IMG/VR virus record: IMGVR_UViG_3300027819_000004
Location: 1-36,067 of that record
Origin: a virus
Lineage: Duplodnaviria; Caudoviricetes
DNA length: 36,067 nt
Strand: one strand, 5' to 3'
The position numbers and the translations under genes are program-made. Positions 24,913-32,065 of the stretch are shown piece after piece. The notes beneath the pieces were generated by a model. That model saw nothing but the letters and a program-made list of their open reading frames with translations. It was not told the origin of the DNA and ran no database searches. Each line of letters begins with the position of its first letter. The stretch's first letter is position 1.

Positions 24913-25245
24913 ATGAAAAAAACCGACGACAACGAGAAGCCGAATAAATACATAATAGGCAATCAGGACTTTCTCGGCTACGAGGGCAAGCTCTACGTGG
25001 AGGTCTCCCACGAGGTCTTCGAGATGCTGCTCGCTCCCAAGCGGCCCGAGGAGGAGTTTCCCGCCGGCTCGCGGGTGCTCTCGAAGAAGGAGCTCGTGGA
25101 AAGAGTGAAGGAAAAGAGCGGCCGGAAGCCGCGGACTTGCAGCAAGTGCGGGGGCGCGGGGCACCAAGCGAACACCTGCGGCAAGAAAAGAGAGCCGCAA
25201 TTCGGAGAGTCGGATCCCGACGAGCTCCCGCCAAGCAACTCATGA
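24913..25245 (+). CDS. Protein with a CCHC zinc knuckle
   Basis: CSKCGGAGHQANTC (C-x2-C-x4-H-x4-C). Confidence 0.75.
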   Translation: MKKTDDNEKPNKYIIGNQDFLGYEGKLYVEVSHEVFEMLLAPKRPEEEFPAGSRVLSKKELVERVKEKSGRKPRTCSKCGGAGHQANTCGKKREPQFGESDPDELPPSNS

Positions 25246-25442
25246 ACAGGGAGCTATTCGAAGAAGGGAAAGTGGTGGAGATTCTCCCGTCCGCGCAGTA
25301 CAGGCTGGAGCTGCGGGACGGCAAGACGATACGGGCCTACCTTTGCGGCAAGATGCGCATGCACCACATAAAAGTGATCTTGGGCGACAGAGTAAGCGTG
25401 CTTGTTTCGGGGGAAATAGGCAGGATAATGAGGAGGTTATAA
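25242..25442 (+). CDS. infA: Translation initiation factor IF-1 homologue (66 aa)
   Basis: EGKVVEILPSAQYRLEL.DG..I.AYLCGKMRMHHIKVILGDRVSV...GRI.RR follows the IF-1 pattern EG.V.E.LPN..F.VEL.NG....A..SGKMR...IRIL.GD.V.V...GRI..R. Confidence 0.92.
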   Translation: MNRELFEEGKVVEILPSAQYRLELRDGKTIRAYLCGKMRMHHIKVILGDRVSVLVSGEIGRIMRRL

Positions 25443-25446
25443 GACC

Positions 25447-25605
25447 ATGTACATAATTCAAATCAAACAAATAATAAAGCAGACAGGGACGGCAGCGGCA
25501 TCGCGAGATATGGATATTGAGCGGGTAATTCTTGAGCAGCGCGTCGAGGAGCTCGACGTGAGGGCGGTTATAGCGGTTGTAAATGGCCTCGATAAGACGG
25601 CCTAA
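25447..25605 (+). CDS. Hypothetical protein (52 aa, absent from the ORF track)
   Basis: ...VILEQRVEELDVRAVIAVVNGL; fills the gap. Confidence 0.6.
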   Translation: MYIIQIKQIIKQTGTAAASRDMDIERVILEQRVEELDVRAVIAVVNGLDKTA

Positions 25606-25622
25606 CGGGGAACAGCGCCTCA

Positions 25623-26051
25623 ATGCCGATAAAAAATTACACCACAATCGTACCCGCGAGCCGGAGTATAGAGGAGATACAGACAGCGCTCGTGGCCCAC
25701 GGCGCCTCAGGGGTGTTCTACGAATACGAACAGGGCACCGGCAGAATCGAGGCCCTAAAGTTTATCCTCATGATCGAGGGCAAAAAGGTAGGGTTCGCGC
25801 TTCCGGTGCAGTGGCGCAGATTTCAAGCGGTGCTCAAGAAGCAGGAGGTGCGCAGGAGTGACGACGAGGACTACTGCTACAGGGTGGCGTGGCGCGACAT
25901 TCGGGATTGGGTGCTCTCCCAGCTCGCGCTCTATGAGACGCAGATAGTGGAATTGCCGCAAGTATTTCTCCCCTTCGCGGTCGGCAAGGGAGGCAGGACG
26001 GTGTACGAGCAGGTGCAAGCGGGAGGGTTTTTATTAGGCGATGGGAAATGA
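25623..26051 (+). CDS. Conserved-looking phage protein of unknown function
   Basis: KNYTT.VP..RSI.EIQ..L..HGA and RVAWR.I.DWV.SQLA...QVFLPF motifs. Confidence 0.75.
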   Translation: MPIKNYTTIVPASRSIEEIQTALVAHGASGVFYEYEQGTGRIEALKFILMIEGKKVGFALPVQWRRFQAVLKKQEVRRSDDEDYCYRVAWRDIRDWVLSQLALYETQIVELPQVFLPFAVGKGGRTVYEQVQAGGFLLGDGK

Positions 26052-26055
26052 AACA

Positions 26056-26292
26056 ATGAAACCTGAACTGGAGAAGCAAAGGGATAATTTCGTAGCGATG
26101 CAGCTCCCCGACGACGTGGGCCAATACCTCACCGACATCAAATTCCTGCACCCCTTCGACTACACTTCAGATGTAGAATTTTATGGGGCTCGCGACGCTC
26201 TCGTGAAAGCGCTCAAGGATAAGTGGCGGGTGAGCTGGCGCGAGGACGGCGTGCCTATATTTACTCGGATATATTTTCCACCGGCACAATGA
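26056..26292 (+). CDS. Hypothetical protein (about 78 aa; alternative start 26041)
   Basis: Packed operon. Confidence 0.55.
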   Translation: MKPELEKQRDNFVAMQLPDDVGQYLTDIKFLHPFDYTSDVEFYGARDALVKALKDKWRVSWREDGVPIFTRIYFPPAQ

Positions 26293-26311
26293 ACATCGAA
26301 CACATAAAAAT

Positions 26312-26671
26312 ATGAAAATTATAATTGCAAACACCGACATTGGCGCTCTAATAAAGGCCTCGAGCGCGGTGCTGAAGCGATACGAGAGCACGAAAGGCAA
26401 TGTGCCCGACAACATAAAAGGGCAGGTCGCCCTCTCCGTTCTTAAGAAGGTCATGCAGCACAATAACTACTTCGACATTTGTGCCGTGCACCACTTGGCG
26501 AAGATGAATGAGATTGTTATTTCCGCCGAGCACGAGGAGTTTTTCTCTGCCCTTCATTGCATACAGTGGGCGGACATGACCGAGGATACGCGCGAATATC
26601 TCCTTGCTCTTTTGGTGCAGTATTTCCAGCCGCACATAGTCGCCGCAAATCTTCACTACCCCAATGTTTGA
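26312..26671 (+). CDS. Hypothetical protein (119 aa)
   Basis: A-rich leader; YFDIC and LHC..W.DM motifs. Confidence 0.65.
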   Translation: MKIIIANTDIGALIKASSAVLKRYESTKGNVPDNIKGQVALSVLKKVMQHNNYFDICAVHHLAKMNEIVISAEHEEFFSALHCIQWADMTEDTREYLLALLVQYFQPHIVAANLHYPNV

Positions 26672-26993
26672 AGGGCTAACGATATTCGAGGGGCTGCCCC
26701 TTTATATTTCGGAGTGGGAAAAACTCGACAGAGAATACAGCAGGCGGTGGCGCGTTCCGATAGTAGGAGCATTTCTCACACTACCCACGCTTCGAAGGAT
26801 GAGGAAGTTAACCGCGCAATTCAGTAGCTTATATCTCGATGAGCGTTGGGCGATGTTTAACAGCCGACACAACCACTGCTGGAACAACGACGGAACTTGT
26901 TATGGGGCATACGGAGACGGCGAGGGCGGCAAGTGCAGCGCAATACACGAAGGAATCAAAAAGCTAGGAAGCAAGAAGTTTTATAACCAGTAA
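26664..26993 (+). CDS. Hypothetical protein (109 aa)
   Basis: Overlaps the upstream stop; His/Cys cluster near the C-terminus. Confidence 0.55.
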   Translation: MFEGLTIFEGLPLYISEWEKLDREYSRRWRVPIVGAFLTLPTLRRMRKLTAQFSSLYLDERWAMFNSRHNHCWNNDGTCYGAYGDGEGGKCSAIHEGIKKLGSKKFYNQ

Positions 26994-27045
26994 AGCAAAG
27001 AATCGGCGACCGTCGAAAACGCACCAAACACACCACAAAACAACA

Positions 27046-28214
27046 ATGGAAATTGTCAATATCAACGTCTCCGACCTCCGGCCAGCAGAATATAATCCGC
27101 GGCGCAAGAGCGAGCATGTCCTCAATAGCATCAGGAGCTCGCTCGCCGAGCATGGTTTCCTTCAGCCGCTCGTCGTAAACCAGCACCAATGCGAGAAGTG
27201 CGGAGACCGGCGGAATGTGATCGTGGGCGGCCACCGGCGACTCGACGCCGCGCGGGCGGAAGGCCACGAGCTCGCGCCGGCCGTTCTCGTCGATCTCCAT
27301 ATCGCCGACGAGAAAAAGGTGAACCTGCGGCTCAACGCGCAGGAAGAATTCAAGCAGCACGAGCTCGCGAACCTGATCGCGGAGATCCACACCCTCGACC
27401 AGCACGCCGCGGAGACGCTCGGATTCAACGCGCAAACAATCGTGGAGATGCTTTACGACGCCCGCTACGGATCGACGCCGCTCAAAACACTCCTCGCCGA
27501 TAAGTTTCTCATCCCGCCCTTCAGCGTCTTCGATTCGAAGCAGGGCTATTGGCAAAGGCGCAAAACGCTCTGGCGGGAACTTCTCGGCAACATCGCGGAG
27601 ACCCGCGAGGACAAGCTGGCCGGAAGCAAGAATAATCTCCTTATGCGCGGCGTGAACGCGGGCGTGAGCCAATTCGATCCTGTGCTTTCCGAAGTCATCT
27701 ACCAGTGGTTCATCCCCGAGCGCGGCGGCAGCATACTCGACCCCTTCGCCGGCGCGTTGAGTCGCGGGGGTGTGGCGGCCGCGCACGGCTACGACTATCA
27801 CGGCATCGAGATCCGAAAAGAGCAGATTGACGTGAACCTCGCGCGCTGCAAGGAGATAGGATTCGAGCACAACCCGACCTTCTACCACGCCGACGCGAAT
27901 GATCTCGATGCCGTGATCGCGCCCGAGGCGAAATTCGATTTGATTTTCACCTGCTCGAAATGCTCGCGACCGCGCCACACCGCGCCGAGCGGAATATGGT
28001 AAAGCGCAAGGTCGTCAAGACGCACCAAAACATTCTCACGCTCTACAAGGGAGACCTCGAGACCATCAAAAATCCGCGCCTCCTCGAGATCCACCAGAAA
28101 ATCTTGACATTCTTTCGAGGAGATCCGGAGACGATCAAGGCCGACTTCAAGAACCCGCCGGCGATCCAGCGAGACATCATTGGCGAACTCATAGATCAAG
28201 AACAGGAGCCATGA
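27046..28214 (+). pseudogene. ParB-N/DNA methyltransferase fusion, split by an internal deletion with frameshift (frames 27046-28002 and about 27954-28214)
   Basis: LRPAEYNPR, GFLQPLVVN, IVGGHRRL (ParB-N); PPFSVFD, ILDPFAG and GIEIR (SAM binding); FDLIFTC is not followed by PPY; the family-type C-terminus RKVVKTHQNILTLYKGD is in another frame. Confidence 0.75.
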
Positions 28215-28837
28215 TAACGGTCTACCTCAAGGATGCAGCGAACCTCGCCGAGGTCGAGGAGGGGTCATGTGCTCTCGCGATCGACCACCATCCGCACAGC
28301 GATGAGGATCTCGAATATAAGCAACTCGCGCGCCGCATCTATCCCCATATCTACACAAAGCTCATGCCGGATGCGTTTTTCGTGACAATTCAGCACGACA
28401 GGAAAAACCTCGGCGCACCACCACGGCACATAATCCTATATCAAGCCGCAATAGCCGCAGGGTTCCAACCGCACGAACAGAAGATCTGGCACCGGCGCGA
28501 AAGTATCTCGCTCTTTCGTAAGAGCTATGCCCAAATTCAGATATTCACAAAAGGATCGCCGAAGCGGTTCATGGAGGGCGAGCTGAAAGAATATCTCAAC
28601 GACGTCTGGTTATTGCCGGACAGCATGAAGCGAGACGACTATACTGATGCTTTTACAGACGAGATCCCCGCGCGCCTCATCAAAGTACTCACGCGGCAAC
28701 GCGACACCGTCCTCGATCCGTTTCTTGGTAGCGGCACGACGCTCAAACAAGCGGAATTGCTCGGACGAAATGGCATCGGGTACGAGATCAGACCGGAGCT
28801 TAGGAAATTCTATCCGGGAACGTGGAGTATTTTATAA
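28211..28837 (+). CDS. Beta-class N4/N6 DNA methyltransferase-like protein with non-canonical motif IV
   Basis: NDVW, F..EIPARLI, VLDPFLGSGTT and RNGIGYEI motifs; the motif IV position reads IDHHPH rather than TSPPY/DPPY. Confidence 0.75.
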   Translation: MITVYLKDAANLAEVEEGSCALAIDHHPHSDEDLEYKQLARRIYPHIYTKLMPDAFFVTIQHDRKNLGAPPRHIILYQAAIAAGFQPHEQKIWHRRESISLFRKSYAQIQIFTKGSPKRFMEGELKEYLNDVWLLPDSMKRDDYTDAFTDEIPARLIKVLTRQRDTVLDPFLGSGTTLKQAELLGRNGIGYEIRPELRKFYPGTWSIL

Positions 28838-28841
28838 TCGC

Positions 28842-29399
28842 ATGCCGACTTATAAACAAGAGACGCAGCAGTATCACATCGAGCGCATCAAGGAGGTACT
28901 CGCCTTGAAGCCGGCGATCAGCGACCGAGCGCTTGCGGATGCACTTGAGAAGGATAGAGAACGGCCGCTCAAACTCGACCGGCGCTACCTCGACAAACTC
29001 CGGCACAAGCTCTACCGAGAGCGAGCGCTCCGCTATAATAAGGCAGTCATAGACCGGCGCCTCGCGGAGATTCAAGACCGGACGGAAGCGATCATTCCAC
29101 ATCTCTGGCGAATACTGCTCACGAGCACGAACGATATGGTGCGCGTTGTCGCGGCAAAGGCGATCATCGAAGCCGACCACCGCTTCCTCGAGGCGCAGAT
29201 GGATGCGGGAATCTTTGAGCGGAAGCTGGGCACAGTAGATGTAGAGCACAAACACGAGCACACCATAGCTCCAGAGCTTCTTCTCCCGATCATGGCTACC
29301 CTTCAGCACTACGGCATGGTTCGTAAAGAGACCGAAAAAACAAATGACACTATCAACCAGCCAGCTCTCCCCGACGCAAGCGGCGCAACTGGTAAATAA
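28842..29399 (+). CDS. Probable terminase small subunit
   Basis: 185 aa, helical with an HTH-like N-terminus, directly upstream of and overlapping the large subunit; call rests mainly on position. Confidence 0.6.
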   Translation: MPTYKQETQQYHIERIKEVLALKPAISDRALADALEKDRERPLKLDRRYLDKLRHKLYRERALRYNKAVIDRRLAEIQDRTEAIIPHLWRILLTSTNDMVRVVAAKAIIEADHRFLEAQMDAGIFERKLGTVDVEHKHEHTIAPELLLPIMATLQHYGMVRKETEKTNDTINQPALPDASGATGK

Positions 29400-30837
29400 T
29401 CCCACAGCGAGAAGAGAAATGCGCAAGCCCTTCCTCGGCTTCTGCGTGCTTTATTTGCCGCACTATCTCTCGCTCCCACCGGCCGACTTCCACCCAGAAC
29501 TTCTGCGGCTTCTCTCCGACCATCTCGTAAAATTTCTTTCGATAATAGGATTCCGCGGCAGCGCAAAAAGCTCCTATGGCTCACTCGCATCGCCCCTTTG
29601 GATGGCATTAGAGAACCCCGAGCTGTACCCCTTCATCATCATAGTGAACGAAAACCGCGATCAGGCGATAGAAAATATAGCGAACATCCGGAAGGAGCTC
29701 GAGAATAACGAGCTGCTGCGGCTAGACTACGGCGACATGAGCGAGGGCATATCGAAGCAACGGGAGTGGACGAAGACCGGACTGCTTCTTAAAAACGGGG
29801 TGCGCATACTGGGCCTTTCCCGCGGCCAGCGGATCCGCGGCCGGCGGCACAAAGAGCACCGGCCGAGCGTGGTCATAATCGACGACCCCGAGGAAAAGGA
29901 GAAGGTGGAGAAGAAAGAATACCGCGACAAAACCGAGCGCTGGTTGCGCGGCGAGGTGATGCCGGCTATAGAAGAAATGCACGCGCGCTTGATTGTGGAA
30001 GGCAACATACTCCACACCGATGCGCTCATGATGCGCCTGAAGAACGACCCGATATTCACCCACCGCGATTACTCCCTTTTCAACGGCGAGCCGGTATGGG
30101 CGAACTGCACATGGAAGGGCAAATACCCCACGCAGGAGGCACTGGACGCGCAGAAGCGGAAGGTCCGGCATACGGCATGGATGCGGGAGTACTTGCTCAA
30201 AGTAATCCCTCCGGAGGGGCAGGTTATAAAGGACGAGTGGATCCAATACTACGACGAGATTCCGCAGCCGGTATACGAGCTGGACCCGAGCACGAAAAAG
30301 CAGGTACTCATTTCAAACCCGATACTCTCCGCCGGCGTAGGCACCGACCTTGCTATAAGCAAAAAGCAGACGGCGGACTGCACGACGATGGTGGCGGCTG
30401 TAATGGCGCTGAAAGAAAGCCGCGCCCATATTTTTATCCTGCAGCACCCCGTGAACGAACGTCTGAACTTTCAAGAGACCATAGCCCGAGCAAAGGCACA
30501 ATCGAACGCGATCCGGACAAAGTACGCTGCGCCGATGTTTTTTGTGGAGGCCGTAGCGTACCAGCAGGTGGCCGTGGAGATGATGCAAGCGGCCGGCATA
30601 CCCGCGCAGCCGGTAAAGGTCGGGAGCGACAAGCGGGCGCGCCTTTTGCTCGCCGCTCCCTTCATTGAGAACGGCACGGTATTATTTCCAAAGACGGGCT
30701 GCGAGGACTTAATAGCGCAACTGACCGGCTTCGGAGTGGAGGACCACGACGACCTCACGGACGGGTTTGTGCATTTGGTGCTGGGAATAAATACCCAGAG
30801 CGGCATGCAGCCGCTCGATGTGATAACAATTTTATGA
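29344..30837 (+). CDS. terL: Terminase large subunit
   Basis: Walker A GFRGSAKS, IRGRR, Walker B VVIIDD; nuclease motifs GTDLA, VEAVAYQ and HDDLTD. Confidence 0.95.
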   Translation: MTLSTSQLSPTQAAQLVNNPTARREMRKPFLGFCVLYLPHYLSLPPADFHPELLRLLSDHLVKFLSIIGFRGSAKSSYGSLASPLWMALENPELYPFIIIVNENRDQAIENIANIRKELENNELLRLDYGDMSEGISKQREWTKTGLLLKNGVRILGLSRGQRIRGRRHKEHRPSVVIIDDPEEKEKVEKKEYRDKTERWLRGEVMPAIEEMHARLIVEGNILHTDALMMRLKNDPIFTHRDYSLFNGEPVWANCTWKGKYPTQEALDAQKRKVRHTAWMREYLLKVIPPEGQVIKDEWIQYYDEIPQPVYELDPSTKKQVLISNPILSAGVGTDLAISKKQTADCTTMVAAVMALKESRAHIFILQHPVNERLNFQETIARAKAQSNAIRTKYAAPMFFVEAVAYQQVAVEMMQAAGIPAQPVKVGSDKRARLLLAAPFIENGTVLFPKTGCEDLIAQLTGFGVEDHDDLTDGFVHLVLGINTQSGMQPLDVITIL

Positions 30838-30929
30838 GCAAGAAAAAACGGAAAAAGAATAACCAACACGCAGGCACCTATTGGGTTTACTATTTGCAGG
30901 GCAAAAGGAAAATCTGGGTCAAGTTATAG
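30834..30929 (+). CDS. Possible 31-aa basic peptide
   Basis: ATGA overlap with terL; stops 2 nt before the next ATG. Confidence 0.4.
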   Translation: MSKKKRKKNNQHAGTYWVYYLQGKRKIWVKL

Positions 30930-30931
30930 AT

Positions 30932-31192
30932 ATGAAATGCACAAAGTGTAAAAAAACAAAGACGCAGCCGCTCGATCAAAGAGAGCCGTGGTGCGGCTGG
31001 AACGGCAAAGGCGAACACCCGCGCTTCACGTGGAAGAGGGTGCGACGACGCGGGTATAGCTGCTCTAGTTGTTCACGTGATATTTATCTCGGCGAACTTT
31101 ACTTAATCGATCGCGAGACAAAAGAGAAGCTCTGCTACGATTGCGGCATGCTTATCGTTCGAGGCGTAGAGTACTTAGAAGCAAGAAAATGA
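30932..31192 (+). CDS. Zinc-finger protein (86 aa)
   Basis: CTKC, CSSC and CYDC motifs. Confidence 0.65.
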   Translation: MKCTKCKKTKTQPLDQREPWCGWNGKGEHPRFTWKRVRRRGYSCSSCSRDIYLGELYLIDRETKEKLCYDCGMLIVRGVEYLEARK

Positions 31193-31611
31193 AAATTATT
31201 TTTCTCGATATGGACGGCGTGCTGAACCGAGGCGGGCACGAGGAGAGCATGCTAAACCCCGAGCTTATAGGAATATTTAAGGTCATGCTTCCGTGCACCG
31301 GCGCACAAGTGGTTATTTCTTCCTCGTGGAAACACAACCCGTTCATGCTACAAACTATACGAGAGTACGTTTGCGAATTTGTAGATCACACGCCCTACGT
31401 TCCCGTGGAGGGAATAAGCGACTCAACAAGGCGGCGCGGGGTGGAGATTCAGGCGTGGTTGGATGCGAACCCAGATACGGAGCGGTACGCGATCATAGAC
31501 GACACTGGCATCATGCTCGAGCACCAGCTTCCGAACTTCTTCAAGACGGAGCCGAGCGTGGGGCTTACGGAGGAAATAGCCGAGCGGATCATAAAGCACT
31601 TCGAGCAATGA
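31189..31611 (+). CDS. HAD-superfamily phosphatase (Swiss-Army-Knife RNA-repair-like HAD)
   Basis: IIFLDMDGVLN, VVISSSW, RGVEIQAWL and YAIIDD motifs. Confidence 0.88.
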   Translation: MKIIFLDMDGVLNRGGHEESMLNPELIGIFKVMLPCTGAQVVISSSWKHNPFMLQTIREYVCEFVDHTPYVPVEGISDSTRRRGVEIQAWLDANPDTERYAIIDDTGIMLEHQLPNFFKTEPSVGLTEEIAERIIKHFEQ

Positions 31612-31820
31612 GCGAGATCCCGCAGCGCATCCTCCGGCAGGTGACCGGCGATCAGGACAAAGTCCTGCGAATATTCGACGCGGTGCAGTACGCCACGATT
31701 GAGAATATAAAAATCAAGGACGGCAAGATCCGCCGGCTAGAGCTACGGCTCATCGTGGACCTCGACGATCCGGAGAGCTTCAAGAGGGCGGTGGATGAGC
31801 TCAAGACGATAGCGCTCTAG
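31608..31820 (+). CDS. Small protein (70 aa), DUF2292/YezD-like
   Basis: QYATIENIKIKDGKIRRLE pattern; last gene before the portal intergenic region. Confidence 0.5.
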   Translation: MSEIPQRILRQVTGDQDKVLRIFDAVQYATIENIKIKDGKIRRLELRLIVDLDDPESFKRAVDELKTIAL

Positions 31821-31876
31821 GTTGACGGCGTAACTCCTATATGCTCTTGACGTTATAACAACGAAGTAGCGCTATC

Positions 31877-31918
31877 AGCAAAGCCGCCGACCCCCGAACG
31901 CGAGGCGGTTTTTGCTTT
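31877..31918 (+). terminator. Terminator-like hairpin
   Basis: AGCAAAGCCGCC pairs with GGCGGTTTTTGCT; T-rich 3' side. Confidence 0.55.
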
Positions 31919-31927
31919 ACTCCCAGC

Positions 31928-31975
31928 TTATCCACAGGGCAGACCATATTAGCGCTTCGGGCGATATGGTAGAGT
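31928..31975 (+). promoter_or_regulatory. Candidate late promoter: DnaA box, inverted repeat and extended -10
   Basis: TTATCCACA 31928-31936; ACCATAT-N14-ATATGGT 31943-31970; TGgTAGAGT 31967-31975. Confidence 0.5.
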
Positions 31976-32007
31976 ACGGGCAACAGCCGGCCTCAAGCGA
32001 AGCACGC

Positions 32008-32061
32008 ACGGGGTCCGCGGGATTCCTCGGTTCGAGGTAAACCACGCGGGCTCCGTTTTTT
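32008..32061 (+). terminator. Terminator/attenuator-like hairpin directly before the portal start
   Basis: 12-bp stem 32008-32019/32045-32056 with an inner CCTCG/CGAGG hairpin, then T6; ATG at 32066. Confidence 0.6.
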
Positions 32062-32065
32062 ATCA

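Noticed and set aside
27940-28002. Programmed frameshift restoring the ParB-methyltransferase
   Set aside because: No slippery heptamer, and joining the frames still leaves the PPY motif missing; a deletion fits better.
32008-32056. tRNA-like GGTTCGAG...ACCA
   Set aside because: No cloverleaf with D and anticodon arms; folds better as a nested hairpin followed by a T-tract.
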